Shown: in pieces, positions 1 through 11,492 of the stretch
Numbering within the stretch: the first letter of the stretch is position 1
Layout: every line of letters begins with the position of its first letter
Assembly (NCBI GenBank): GCA_963749495.1
Contig: CAVVMW010000004.1
Coordinates: 256,001 to 320,000 of the forward strand
Source of the DNA: an uncultured bacterium
GTDB lineage: Bacteria > Verrucomicrobiota > Verrucomicrobiia > Limisphaerales > UBA8199
Length of the DNA stretch: 64,000 nucleotides
Reading direction: 5' to 3'
Notes under the pieces: model-generated
Databases searched by the model: none
What the model was told of the DNA's origin: nothing
What the model saw: the letters and a program-made list of their open reading frames with translations, nothing else
Program-made: the position numbers and the translations under genes

Positions 1-256
1 GCGGTTCGGCGAACTTGGCCGTCTGGCGCAGTTCCTTGTCGAGGTCGGCCATGACCTGCGGCACGTCCAGCTTGAGCAGCGTCGCGCAGGAGCGCACGAA
101 GCCCCGGATATAGACCGGCGCGGAGAAAATGTCGAAATTGCCTTCCTCCAGGGCGTGCAGATGGTCGGTGCGGATCTTAGTGATCTCCGCCACCTGCTGG
201 ATGGTGAGACGCCGGGCCTCCCGGCCGTCCCGAAGTTGCTGGGCCACCGTGGACAT
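1..256 (-). CDS. RodZ-like helix-turn-helix protein, N-terminal part (runs off window start)
   Basis: Manual translation from ATG at 256: MSTVAQQLRDGREARRLTIQQVAEITKIRTDHLHALEEGNFDIFSAPVYIRGFVRS, a typical HTH_25/RodZ N-terminus. Confidence 0.85.
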   Translation of the reverse strand, partial: MSTVAQQLRDGREARRLTIQQVAEITKIRTDHLHALEEGNFDIFSAPVYIRGFVRSCATLLKLDVPQVMADLDKELRQTAKFAEP

Positions 257-403
257 GACCTGTGGAGTTTAAGGGGAGGTCAGGTCTGTTGGCAATCCCG
301 TTCCGAGATGGCAGGCAGATGAATGGCTGAGGTCAACTGAGTTGGTCCGGCGGCTGAGAAACCTGCGCTTGTTTTCCCAAGCGGCGGGAGTTACTTTGGC
401 GCC

Positions 404-844
404 ATGAGCATGACGGGCGCCGCTTCTCAATGGAACGCTGTGGACTTCATGGTGGATTTCCACACACGCGAGAAACGGCTTGGGCTGCTGACGGAAACAT
501 TGGGCTGGGTTGCGTCCCTCGCGCTGTTCCGGGAAGCCGAAAGGCGCACCCATTATCTCAATCCGCCCACCAGGAAGGACCGGCGGCGCCACAAGACCGT
601 GCTGGCCGCCCTCATCGCCCAAGGGGAGCGCCTGCTCCAGCGCGCTCAGGAGGCGGGCGGACTCCCCGAAAATCTGGACGGCATCAAAACCTCCGATCTC
701 GATGCCATGGTCGAGGAACTCCGCACCACCCAACTCCAGTGGGAGGGTGACATGACTCCGCAACGACGCGCACAAATCCTCAAGGAGTTTGAAAAGCCTC
801 AGCCCAACTCGACCGCTGCAGCGGTTTGCGCGGCCAGGAAATAG
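404..844 (+). CDS. Hypothetical helical protein (146 aa)
   Basis: ORF with protein-like composition; 3' end overlaps the convergent addA end by ~46 nt; no family recognised. Confidence 0.55.
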   Translation: MSMTGAASQWNAVDFMVDFHTREKRLGLLTETLGWVASLALFREAERRTHYLNPPTRKDRRRHKTVLAALIAQGERLLQRAQEAGGLPENLDGIKTSDLDAMVEELRTTQLQWEGDMTPQRRAQILKEFEKPQPNSTAAAVCAARK

Positions 845-3800
845 AGCCAGGCGGCCGATACGGGACGGTGGTAGATTTGCGACAAGGCGCGCGCGTAGAG
901 CCTGAGCTGGGCCCGATAGAGCCTCACCCGCTCGGCGAGCTCGCCGCGGCCGGCCGCGTCGGTCTTGAAATCCACCAGCCATATCTCGCCCGGCAGCACC
1001 ACGGCCAGGTCGGCCACGCCCTGCACGACGACGAATTCGTCGTCGAGCCCCGGCTCCAGGGGTTCGCCGGTGAGAGCGGCGATTTCTCCGGGCGAAAGGC
1101 GGGCGGTGAAGGCCAGTTCGCGCTGAACGAATTCCGCCTGGGCGCGGACGTTGCGGCCGAGGTCCGATTGCCAAAAGGCCGCCAGGGCCTTGAAGTCGAG
1201 CAGGCCGGCGGATTCAGGCGTCAACAGGCCGGTTTCCTGCAGGCGGCGCGCCTCCCGTTCGAGGTCTTCGGCGCTGCCAGCCCGCTCGAGGGACACGCGT
1301 TGGAGGAAGGCATGGTGGGCGTTGCCCACGTCGGCGGCGGTGGCGCTGGCCCGGCCGGTCCGCTTGCGGGCAACCCGGACCTGGCGCCCCGCCGGTGACC
1401 CACGGTCTGCCGGCCGCGATTCGTCGGGGGCCAATCCGAGGCGCGGCGTTCCCCCAAACGGGACTGCCTCCTGGTCTCTGGCCTCGGCGGCGCGGCGGAG
1501 CGTCGTCACCGAGGTCTTGGCCGGCCTGCGGGTGGCGGCCAGGAAGGGATAGGCCCAAAGGAGGCGTTGTTGGAGCTTGTCCCACGTGTCCGCGTCGGCG
1601 GCGGCCGGGGCCTGGGCTGTATCGGGCGTGGCTGCGGCGGGCTCCAGCAGGCTGGAGTTGTCGTGGATGACCCAGCGGATCAAGGCGTTTTCTCCTCGCC
1701 TGGCCTCCGGGCTGGCCGGGCCTCGGTTTTGGCCAAACCACCGACACAGCCAGTCTGCGTAGCAACCAGCGGAGGCGAGGGTTGGCAGATCGAGGTCCGT
1801 GGGCGGCTCCTGGAGGAGTCTGAATTTGCCCTCCGGGATGGAGCCGCTCAGGATGAGCGTGTCCCGCGCGCGGGTCATGGCCACGTAGAGCAGGCGCAGT
1901 TCCTCGCCCAGCATTTCGTGATGCTGGCGGCCCCGCGCCAGCCAATAGGGCAGGCTGGGGTAGCGTTTGCAGGTGTTCGGCGCCTTGATGCGGGGGCACA
2001 GCCCGTAGGCCTCGTCCAGGATGACCTCCGCGCGCAGGTCCGAGACGTTGAACGGCTTGCCCAGGTCGGCCACGACCACCACCGGAAACTCGAGGCCCTT
2101 GCTCTGGTGGATGCTCATGAGCCGCACGCAATTCTCCTGGTTCACCGCCGCCACCTCGGGCTCGGTCTCCGCCAGTTGCTGCGCCTCGATGAAGCGCAGG
2201 AATCGGAACAGGCCCTGGCGCTGGAATTGGTCGAACTGGACCGCGAGGCTGAGCAGGCGCTGGACATTGGCGTGGCGCTGCTCCCCGCGCCGCTGTGTCA
2301 GGAGCCACTCGGCGTAATGCGTCTCGGTGAGGATGGCCTCCAGGCAGCGGCCCAGCGAGGCCTGGCGGGCCAGCCGCCGCCAGTGCGCATAGCGCTCCAG
2401 GAAGCGCGAGACCTTGTGAAAGGTCCCGTCGCTCAACGAGAACTCGAGCTGGGCCGAGCCTGTTTCCAGCGCCGAGGGTCGAACATCGAGGGTCGAGGGA
2501 CGAGGGGCGAGGGTGGAGGAGCGGGGTCCATTGTCCTCGACCCTCGGCCCTCGGCCCTCCGGCGCCTGGCCGCCTGTGGACCGGCGCCTGACACTTTGCG
2601 CCTCGTGCCATAACACCAGGGCAGTCCAGAAGGGGCCTTTGACCGCCAGGCGGATGGTGGCCAATTCGTCGAGCGTCAGGCCCACCAGTGGGGAGTGGAG
2701 CACCGCCAGCAGGGGCAGGTCCTGCAACGGGTTATCCAGCAGTTGGAGCAGGCTCAACAGGTCGGAGACCTCGGTGCTCTCATAGAATCCGCCCCGGGCC
2801 ACCTGGAGCGGGACATTCAGGCGGGCGAATTGCTTGGCGTAACTCTCGGACTTGCTGGCCGGAGAGCGCAGCAGCACCGCTATATCGCTCCAGGCCACAG
2901 GCCGGAAGGCGCGGCTGGCCTCGTCCCAGACCGGGTGCCGGGAGGCCTGCAGTTGGCGCACGCGCAGGGCGACCAGGCGCGCCTCTTTCTCGGCCTCCTC
3001 CATGTCGCGCACCAGGGCCAGGGCCTCGCCGGCCTCCTCGTCGAGGCCGTCGTCCTCGGGGTTGGGGCCGCCCTTGACGCGCAGGTGCAGCTCCACGCAG
3101 GGGGCCGGGTCGGCGGCGGCGCTCAAGGCACGGCGTTCCTCGGTCGCCCCGAAGCGCAACCAGGCCCGCTCGTCGTAGTCCACACCGCCCAGTTCCCGCC
3201 GCATCAGCAAAGCAAAGAATGAATTGATGAAGCCCAGCAGACTCTCGCGGCTGCGGAAGTTCTCGACCAGTGGGATGGCCCGTCCCTGGGCACCGTGCCA
3301 GGTCTGGATGTAGCCCTGGAAGATGTGCGGGTTGGCGAGCCGAAAGCGGTAGATGCTCTGCTTGACGTCGCCCACCAGGAAGCGGTTGGCCTGGGCGCCC
3401 TCGCGGCTGAGCGCCTCGATGATCTTGTCCTGGGCGGCGTTGATGTCCTGGTATTCGTCCACAAAGACGTAGCGGAGTTGCTGGCGCCATTGGCGGGCGA
3501 TGCGTGTGGGCTGGCGGGTCTGCGGGTCCCAGAGCAACCGGAGGGCGTATTGTTCGAGGTCGTGGAAATCCACCATCCCCAATTCCCGCTTGGCCTGGGT
3601 GAAGGCGGCGGTGAATTCGCGGGCCAATTCGAGCAAGGTGATCATCTGGGAACGGACCGACTCCAATCTTCGGCCAGCGGATCGGCGCCCGCATCGGTCC
3701 GGGCCAGCGAAAGCAGGAACCGGGCTTCGGCCAGGAACTCCTTGAGCGGCTTGAGCCACTGGGTCTTGTGGCCTCGAGGGCATTCCCGCCCGGCGGCGCA

Positions 3801-4583
3801 GATGGTGTCCAGGACCGCGGCGGCCTCGGCGCGGGAGGGGTTGGCCTTGAGTTGGCGGAAGGCGGCGAGGCAGCCGGCGGCAACGTCATTTTCCTGGGCC
3901 TGGCGCTCGAGCAAGGGCCGCCAGCGTTCGCGGCTTTGGGCCAGCGCGTCCAGGAGCCATTGCTGCCATGTGGCCGGTTCGGTCGAGGCGAACAGGGCTA
4001 TCTGGCCGGCGAGCCACCCAGCCGGGTCGGGCAGCGTTTGGGTGTAGTGGTGCAGGCGCAGGACCAGGCTGCGGATGGGTTTGTCCCAGCCGCCGCCGTG
4101 GGCCTGGATGAGTTGCTGCACGGCGCCCGCTGCGCTGGTGTGGCCGGCATAATGCTCCTGCAGGAGCTTGTCCAGGGTCTCCTCCGCCAGCAACCGCGCC
4201 TCTTCCTCCGGCAGGACGGCAAGCTGCGGGTCGAGCTCCAGTTCGTAAAAGTGCTGGCGGATGAGCTGGAGGCAGAAGCTGTGGAGCGTCCCCAGGCGGG
4301 CCGTCTCGAACAGGGCCAGTTGCTCCTGCCAATGCGGGTTGTCTCGATCCCGCTGGAGTTCCTCCTCCAGCCGGGCGCGGATGCGCTGCCGCATCTCAGC
4401 CGCTGCCGCCTCCGTGAAGGTCACCATCAGGATTTGCTCCAGCGACACCGGCGGTTGCTCGGACACCAGGCAGCTCAGGCACCGCTCGACCAGCGTGCGC
4501 GTCTTGCCTGTGCCCGCGCCGGCCACGACCAGGACGTTGCCTCGCGCAGCAATGGCCGTCTGTTGGGCGGAGGTGAAACTCAT
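799..4583 (-). CDS. addA: ATP-dependent helicase/nuclease subunit A (AddA), split by one frameshift near 3655
   Basis: Walker A AGAGTGKT, VDEYQD, GDVKQSIYRFR, SIHQSKGLEF, RLLYVAMTRA and C-terminal nuclease DLAV...LVDFKTD. ORFs 3642-4583 and 799-3783 join if one G is added (AGT CGG [G]TC CGT). Confidence 0.93.
2466..2569. repeat. Inverted heptamer-repeat element (CGAGGGN)n...(CCCTCGN)n inside addA
   Basis: ccagcgcc-gagggtc..cgagggtcgagggacgaggggcgaggg ... cctcgaccctcggccctcggccctcc-ggcgcctgg; translated in frame as EGRGPRVEDNGPRSSTLAPRPSTLD. Confidence 0.75.
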
Positions 4584-4642
4584 TCGCGCGAAGACAAGGT
4601 GGGACAGCCAGCGCGGAGGTGCAACGACTATTTAGAGGCGGT

Positions 4643-4768
4643 CCCAAAAACCCCGCGAGTAGGGCACCTTTGTCGCAGCCTTTGTCGAAACCTTTGTCGG
4701 ATTGGCGATTTCTCGACAAAGGTGCCGACAAAGGCTGCGACAAAGGTCCGGGATCGGAGCTTTTGGGG
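4643..4768. repeat. Long palindromic element built from 12-nt-period CCTTTGTCG x3 / CGACAAAGG x3
   Basis: cccaaaaa...cctttgtcgcagcctttgtcgaaacctttgtcgg...cgacaaaggtgccgacaaaggctgcgacaaagg...ttttgggg, between the tRNA 3' end and the addA start. Confidence 0.85.
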
Positions 4769-4793
4769 CAGGCCCTATTTCCAGGGGCCAGTA

Positions 4794-4882
4794 TGGCGGA
4801 GAGAGGGAGATTCGAACTCCCGGTGCGTTTTAGGCACTCACGCTCTCCAGGCGTGCGCATTAAACCACTCTGCCATCTCTCC
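4794..4882 (-). tRNA. tRNA-Ser (anticodon GGA)
   Basis: Reverse complement GGAGAGATGGCAGAGTGGTTTAATGCG-CACGC-CTGGAGA-GCGTG, long variable arm, GGGAGTTCGAATCTCC T arm, encoded CCA end. Confidence 0.97.
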
Positions 4883-5091
4883 GCCAGGTGCCCCCCACTC
4901 TGGAGAAGCGCCTCAACCTACGCAATATTTTTCCGCGCGCAACTGGCCGGGAGCGCCCCAAATCCTCGCCTGACCATTTCTAAGAACCACGGAGCACACG
5001 GAATACACGGAAAGGAAGGGCGTCTTCCGCGCTCGTCTGGGACACCCCCGGAATCGCAGCAAGGATCCCTTCTTGATCCTGCCTTTCGCGG

Positions 5092-7811
5092 TCAGGGTGT
5101 GGCCAACCTGTAAAAGCGCGCCGGGGCGGCAATGGGCGGGGTGTCTGCAATCAGCATGGTTTGGGCGCTGGCTTGCGCGGGCAGGTTCGTCAAGGTCGTC
5201 CAACAGCCTTGGGTTAACGAGTCCGAGTATTCCACGCGATAGGCCAGGCCCGCCAGGGCGCAGAACTGCAATTCCACTCCGCCGGGCTGGAGTTGGATGG
5301 AAGCGATCGCGAGGTCCGGCGGCGATCCGGCGGGCCGGCCACGAAGGCGGTTTCGACCGAGGCGAGGGACGGATGGCCGTTGGTGTCGAAATAAGTGCAC
5401 CGCCAGAAACAGGTGGCGCCCAGGGTGAGCGAGGCAAAAGGGATCGGGAGAGTCGTCAGGTTGGTTGCGCTGTTCAGCTTGAAGACGGGGGCCAAGTAAG
5501 TGCCATTGGCGGCCCGTATTTCCCAGGTCGTGGTGGCCTGCGCCGGCGGCGGGCTGGCGGTGTGGCTGTAGGGAGAGGCCACGAGGTTGGCCGGCCACGC
5601 TGCGGTGTCGCCGTAGCTCGGCCAGCGGTTGACGGGCTGGGTTGGGCGCGTGAAAACGCCCAGGCCGCATTGCTGATTGACGGAGGTGAGCCGCGCGCTG
5701 GCGTAGGAGCTATAGGTTGGATAGCCGAGCGCGCTGATGTTCCCGGGGAGCAGGAGCGTGTTGTTGAGCAGAAAAACGCGCTCCTTCAACTCCGCGCGGA
5801 AGGCCTTGATGAAGCTGTCCTTGAAATAGTTCGGGCCCCGGTAATTATTGCTGCGATCGCCCACTTCTCCCGCAAAGATCGAGACCGTCGAATCGCCGAA
5901 CATCGCGTCCATGTCCCAAGGCAACAGGCTCCAGTTGCCGTTGACCTGCTGCCACAGGAAGTAATTCTGCGTGGTGTCGTCCCACGGCGTCATCCAGTTG
6001 AGGACCGCCAGGTAGGTCAACATCTTATCCACGTCGAAATGGGCAAGGAAAAACGACCGGAGGGCTGGCACGTTCGGGTTGGGCTTCGCCAGGGTGTCGC
6101 CCCGGGCGGCCCAGATGCCTTCGAGCATGTCGCGGAAAAAAGTCCAGCCCTTCCAATCGTGATCCTGGATGGGGTAGGTCCATTGGTCGCGCTGGAGCGT
6201 GGTCCAGTACGGCGGCTTGGGCGGCAGCACCGAGCCGTCACCTACGCCGTAGGGCCCTTCGCCATTGGATTCGATGGTGCCCATGCTCTTGTAAAGTTCA
6301 CCCGGCTGCTCCAGCGGTTGGCCGGGGTTGAGCAGTTGCTGCTCGAGGTGGTAACGCTCCAACAGGTGCTGGTTGTAATCCTCGATTTGCAGGCGGCTGA
6401 TCCCACTGTTGTTGTTGAGGTACAGATCCACGTGGGTCGTGACTGGCGCCGGCAAACCGGCCGCGCGGAACAGCGCATAGGCGGCCTCGTTATCCGGGCC
6501 TTTGTCGGTCACCATGAGCGTGCTCTGATTGTTCAGCGGGTTATAGCGCGGCAAAAAGATCTTGAAGGATTGGCTGCCGGCACCGCGATTATAGCGACTG
6601 CCGTGGTAGCGGACCTGGACGTCGCGGACCACCCCGTCGCACACGAAGACGGCCGGCTCGGTCGCGTCCCAGGAGGCCCGAGGATAGCCGGGAGGATCGG
6701 GCGAGGTCACGCGCCTGGGTGCCTGGCTGATGTTGGCCGCCAGTCGGTTCAAACTGGCGGTCGAGATGAACAGGTCATAGCTTGGCCGATTCGCCGAACG
6801 CACCGGCGACACGAACCAGCCGTGCCAGGCGAAGGGATCATCAGCGCGAGGGGAAGCCACTGCCGCCGGGCCGGCCCGCTCGGCCCAGATGCGGTAGCGG
6901 ACCAGCGTGCGGGCGGGAAAGCCCGGCACTGTGACCTGGAACGTGGCCTGGCCGGGAGCGCCAACCGGCTGCATCACGACGTTCGTGGTGGTCAGGTTCG
7001 TGGCATTCAGGTTTTGAAGGAAGTACTCGAGCTGAACCGAACCCAGCTCATTCGTCGCCGAGAAGACCGCCGCCACCTGCACGGCCTGGTTGGGCCGGAT
7101 CATCGGTTGCCCGTCGCCGGCTTGGGACACGCTGAGCTGAACCACCACCGGCAAAGGCGGATCGCGGTGAACGGCGTTGGGCTGGCCGGGGCTGGGTTCA
7201 CCCGGCAAGGGCGAGGCGAGCCAATTCGCCGGGTCGTCCCCGGAAGCGGTAAAACTGACGCGCTCAAGCGAGCGGCCGCGGTACTGGTAGTTGGTTTCGG
7301 GCACGCCCGTCCACCGCTGGCCCACCCCCAAGGCGTTTGCGCTGATTGGCCAGGGAAAAGCGGACGAATAGGTTACCGAATCGACCTTTTCATCCAAGGC
7401 GTTGCGCAGGTTGAGGGTTTCTCCCTGGTTGCTGAGCTGCCCGCTGTAAGGGCCATAGAGCGTGGCTTGCATCAGCCCGTAGGCGCTCACCGCCGCCAAG
7501 CGCGCCGGGTCCCGCGCCACCACCAGGAATTCCCCGGGCCCGATGCTGGCGCCCGTCGGAAAGGTGTAGTGAATGGCGCTCGTCAGCCGCCAACCGCTCA
7601 AATCCACTCGGTTGGAACCGAAGTTGTGCAGTTCCACGTACTCGTGGACCTCCTCGGTCAGGTCCATCACCGGAGTTCCGTCCGGGTTGAAGGCCGGCGC
7701 TTCCACCGGCGCGTACATGATCTCGCTGATCACCACCGGTTCTTGCGCCGTTACCGCCAGCGCCAGGCCTGAAGCGCCAAGCACCGCGAGGAATTTGATG
7801 GTCGTTTGCAT
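5092..7811 (-). CDS. Secreted lamin-tail-domain + CotH-kinase-family protein; frameshift near 5333
   Basis: Signal peptide, VVISEIMY..EYVELHN (LTD), VRYHGS..SFKI and NYFLW..WSLLPWDMD (CotH). The C-terminal module YRVEYSDSL...ARFYRL lies in the 5092-5670 frame. Confidence 0.85.
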
Positions 7812-8080
7812 TTTCCAGAGTCAGGCCAGGACCTCCTCCAGCCCAAGGGAGGCCGCGTGAGGGAAGTCCAATGAGGGGTTGCGCCCGTTCATGGGAGGGA
7901 GTATGAAGGCGCGCCGATTCGCGTCAAGGCGCAAATCGCGTGCTGGCGTCAAGACGACCAGGGGAAGAGGCGCTTGGAGAAGCCTCTCAAATTCGTCCCT
8001 ATGGGAAGGATAAACTGGAAATTACGTTGTCAGCGGGGTTTTTTTGAGACACTATTGGGGTCAACCGAAGCTGAATATCT

Positions 8081-8857
8081 ATGGCCAAGTTTTCACGGTC
8101 TGGAGCGAGGTCACGGGCCGTTTGGCGGTTGGGCGGGGACCCATTGCGGGAGCGGCGGCGCCGGGGCGCCTTTACCTTGATCGAGCTGTTGGTCGTCATC
8201 GCCATTATCGCGATTCTGGCGGCGCTGCTGTTGCCGGCGCTGAGCGTATCGAAGGAGAAGGCCCGCCGCAGCGGCTGTCGGAGCGCGCTGAGGCAGCTTG
8301 GGATGGCGGTGCAAATGTACGCGCACGATAATAGCGATCGAGTGCCGCAAGGCTATCGTGACAACGGCGAGTCACACACCATCTGGATCAGCACCAATAC
8401 CTTCAACGCCATCAAGCAATACAGCTCCACCAACATGAGCTCCTGCCCGAGTCTGGAGGGCAAGTTCCAGTATTATGAGGCCGGCATCGGCTGGGTGATC
8501 GGCTACAGCTACAATGGCGGGCACAAGAAGCCCTGGTCCGGCGAACCGGCGCCCCAGTGGACGTCGCCCCAAAGGCTGACCGACAACGCCCTGCTGGTGC
8601 TCGCTTGTGATTTGAATGCCTGGGCCGAGCCTTCCACCGGTTACGGCTGGGTGATTGCGCCGCATTGCCGCGGCGGGGCCGCGCAGCAAGGAGGCGATCC
8701 TTTCATCGGCGGGGTCACCAGACTCACGAGGCCGCGCGACGTCGGCGCCCAGGGCGGCAATGTGCTGCTCATTTCAGGCTCCGTCCATTGGAAGAACGTC
8801 CGGTCCATGACGAACTACTGGGCTTGCCAATACGGCGGGTACTGGAACATGTGGTGA
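8081..8857 (+). CDS. Prepilin-type N-terminal cleavage/methylation domain protein (PVC-type, C-terminal GGNVL..SGSV motif)
   Basis: [27 protein letters not shown]-terminus resembles the H-X9-DG family tail. Confidence 0.9.
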   Translation: MAKFSRSGARSRAVWRLGGDPLRERRRRGAFTLIELLVVIAIIAILAALLLPALSVSKEKARRSGCRSALRQLGMAVQMYAHDNSDRVPQGYRDNGESHTIWISTNTFNAIKQYSSTNMSSCPSLEGKFQYYEAGIGWVIGYSYNGGHKKPWSGEPAPQWTSPQRLTDNALLVLACDLNAWAEPSTGYGWVIAPHCRGGAAQQGGDPFIGGVTRLTRPRDVGAQGGNVLLISGSVHWKNVRSMTNYWACQYGGYWNMW

Positions 8858-8889
8858 GATCCGCCTGCCATTCCCCCCTGACCTCCGCA

Positions 8890-10101
8890 TCAATGAGCCG
8901 CACCAACAAGGTTGCTTAACTTGAAGATAGGCAGAAACACGCACAGGACGATTCCGCCGACCACCACTCCCAGGAAGACAACGAGGATCGGCTCAATCAT
9001 CGAGGTCAGGCCGGAAAGCATGGTTTCGGTTTCCTCATCCAAATAGTCCGCGACGCGCTCCGTCATGGTGTCAAGCCTGCCGGTTTGCTCGCCGGCAGAC
9101 ATCATGCGAATGATCATGTCGGGGAAGATGGGGTGCTTGGCCAGGGAGTCCGAGATGCCCTCCCCGAGTTGGAGGTCCTGCGCGGCGGCATTGATGGCCT
9201 TTTCCATGACGACGTTTCCACAAGCCTTCGATACGGTTTCCATCACGCTGAGGATGGGCACGCCGCTTCGGACGAGCGAGGAGAAGGCGCGGGCAAAACG
9301 GGCCAGGCAGATGCAACGGGCGACATTGCCGAAGATGGGAAGTTTGATGCGCCACCGATCCCAGAACTCGCGGCCGAATCTGGTATTGATGAAGTAAAAC
9401 CAGCCGTAAACCGCCCCGACCATGGCGGGCAGCATCACGATGAGCCATTTGCGCACGACATCGCTGAGCCCGATCAGAAACAGGGTGGGAGCCGGCAGCT
9501 TACCCTTGAAACTGTCGAAGATCTGGGCAAAGACCGGCACGACCTTGGCCAGCAGGAAGATGGTGATGGCAATGGCCACGACGGTGACCACGGCGGGATA
9601 GACCGTTGCGGACTTGATCTTGCGGCGGAGCCGCGCCGTGTTTTCCAGATGGGTGGCAATCGCTGAGAGTGCCTCCGCCAGCAGGCCGCCTTTTTCGCCG
9701 GCGGCCGCCATGCAAACGTAATGCTCGTCAAACGCATTGGGGTTTTTTGCCAGCGCATCGGACAAACTGTCGCCCCTTTCAATGCGCGCGCAGACGTCCT
9801 TGATAGTATTCTGCATCAACTTGTTGCGGGTTTGCTTTTCCAGTCCTTTGAGGCATCCGACGATCGCAAAACCGGCGTCAAACATGGTGGCAAATTGCCG
9901 GGTGAACAGGACCAGGTCCTTCAAGGCCGCCTTCGCGCCCGCAGACCGGCGTTTCTTGCTCAGTTTCCGCTGCATCCAAACCACAAGCTGATCGCGCTTG
10001 AACAGCGCGTCAATGGCGGCCTCCTCCGTGCTGGCCTCAACCGTGTCAAGGAATTCCAGGCCCGTGGTGGCGTCCCGGGCCATATAGTCGAAGGAGGGCA
10101 T
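8890..10101 (-). CDS. Type II secretion system F / PilC family inner-membrane platform protein
   Basis: FTRQFATMFDAG, AGEKGGLL, RSGVPIL, AGEQTGRLD, SMIEPILVVFLG. Confidence 0.93.
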   Translation of the reverse strand: MPSFDYMARDATTGLEFLDTVEASTEEAAIDALFKRDQLVVWMQRKLSKKRRSAGAKAALKDLVLFTRQFATMFDAGFAIVGCLKGLEKQTRNKLMQNTIKDVCARIERGDSLSDALAKNPNAFDEHYVCMAAAGEKGGLLAEALSAIATHLENTARLRRKIKSATVYPAVVTVVAIAITIFLLAKVVPVFAQIFDSFKGKLPAPTLFLIGLSDVVRKWLIVMLPAMVGAVYGWFYFINTRFGREFWDRWRIKLPIFGNVARCICLARFARAFSSLVRSGVPILSVMETVSKACGNVVMEKAINAAAQDLQLGEGISDSLAKHPIFPDMIIRMMSAGEQTGRLDTMTERVADYLDEETETMLSGLTSMIEPILVVFLGVVVGGIVLCVFLPIFKLSNLVGAAH

Positions 10102-10128
10102 ATTTGTTCGAGGTCTTGTTGTTTGAAC

Positions 10129-11442
10129 TCAAAATTCACTCCAACTCATGACCACGTAGCCTCCTCCGCTGCCCGCGTTGGCCAGGTGTTCGTCATAGTG
10201 GACCGCCCCGCTGTTGCTGAGCGCGATGGTTCTGGCGGTGAAGCCGCCGGAAGCGCCTGCCGCCCCGCTGAAAGCAAGCGCAGCTTCGGGCGCGCAGATG
10301 GTTCCAATGAAAGCGCCGCTGTTGGCGCAGGTGATGCTAGTGCAGCCGGGCATGCCATAGATGGCACACTGGCTGGCCGACTGGGTGCCGTTGACAACAC
10401 CCGCGCCTGAAATGCTGACGCTCCCATTCACATACAGGGTTAGAGAGGCGCCAGGGGCGATGTAAATATACGCGCTGTTGCCTGTACTGAAGCTCCCGTT
10501 GACGTAGAGGGTGGTGTTGCCGGTGACAGCCATCCTCTGAATTCCGGAGAGGCTAAGGCTGGCCATATTGTAATTTCCCGTCCCGAGCAGGTAGTTATAG
10601 TTGGTGCCGCCATAACCATAACTTCCGCTGGAGGGGGTCGTTCCGCTGCCATAGGTGAAGGGCGCGGCCGCGTTGTTGAATTGGACGTTGGCGTCGTCGG
10701 CGAAGTATCCGGGGTCAACGCCCGTGTGGCTGGCATCCCAGGCAGCAGTTCCCACCGCGGTGACGCCGCTGAACGTCACCGTCCCGCCCGGGCCGGTGGT
10801 TACCGACCCGTAAATCATTGCGCTGCCAGCAAGGCTCACGGCCCCGGCCGCGCCCGAATCGGTCAGCGCCAGGGCGTTGGCCTTGCGCTTGCTCGCTACG
10901 TACAGGCCGTTGGCGCTGTAATTCGGGTCCGAGGAGTCAAAACTGTCGAGGTAGGCCGCGCCGCTGATGGTGATCGACCCTATGGCGTTCAATCCCCCCG
11001 GAGTCACGGCCTGCTGCTGCGTGACGACCTTCACCCGCCGGCTGAGATAGTTGGTGCTTGTCGCGGTCGAGACATACAGCACTGGAACGAAACCCGTGGA
11101 AATTATCACGGGGTTGATGGCGGACTGGATGCTCGCGTTGAAGTAACTGCCGTCACTGAAGGCCCGGGCCTTGTGGTACAGTCCGTCCGTGCCGTGCGTC
11201 CAACTGTTGGAAGTCAGCAACGAGATGTTGGTCCCGGCATAATGCAGTTGCGTCAGCGCCTCCTCAAGCCCGCTTTCCAGGACGGGAATCGCCTGGTTCC
11301 ATCTCTGCGACCGCGCCACCGAGGCGTTGATCTGGTTGGCCAGGGTCAGATAGCTGGTCAAAATCATGGCGATGATGAATATCGTCGCCAAAGTCACGAC
11401 CAGCACGATGCCGCGGGGCCGATGACAGGTTTTAATCTTCAT
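10129..11442 (-). CDS. PilX-like pseudopilin with Gly/Ser/Thr-rich beta-solenoid-like C-terminus
   Basis: N-terminal RGIVLVVTL hydrophobic helix, ESGLEEAL, and C-terminal GTICAPEA...VHYDEHL..SWSEF. Confidence 0.7.
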   Translation of the reverse strand: MKIKTCHRPRGIVLVVTLATIFIIAMILTSYLTLANQINASVARSQRWNQAIPVLESGLEEALTQLHYAGTNISLLTSNSWTHGTDGLYHKARAFSDGSYFNASIQSAINPVIISTGFVPVLYVSTATSTNYLSRRVKVVTQQQAVTPGGLNAIGSITISGAAYLDSFDSSDPNYSANGLYVASKRKANALALTDSGAAGAVSLAGSAMIYGSVTTGPGGTVTFSGVTAVGTAAWDASHTGVDPGYFADDANVQFNNAAAPFTYGSGTTPSSGSYGYGGTNYNYLLGTGNYNMASLSLSGIQRMAVTGNTTLYVNGSFSTGNSAYIYIAPGASLTLYVNGSVSISGAGVVNGTQSASQCAIYGMPGCTSITCANSGAFIGTICAPEAALAFSGAAGASGGFTARTIALSNSGAVHYDEHLANAGSGGGYVVMSWSEF

Positions 11443-11492
11443 AACGGGTAGTTCTTCGGGGCGCTATAACCGGGCTTCAAGCTCGTAAGCCG

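Noticed and set aside
4794..4882. tRNA-anchored genomic island or prophage
   Set aside because: No integrase and no duplicated tRNA 3' end noticed; the tRNA 3' side leads into housekeeping addA.
5073..7772. 899-aa plus-strand ORF and many other long overlapping ORFs
   Set aside because: Antisense shadows of recognisable genes in GC-rich DNA, with no family motifs.
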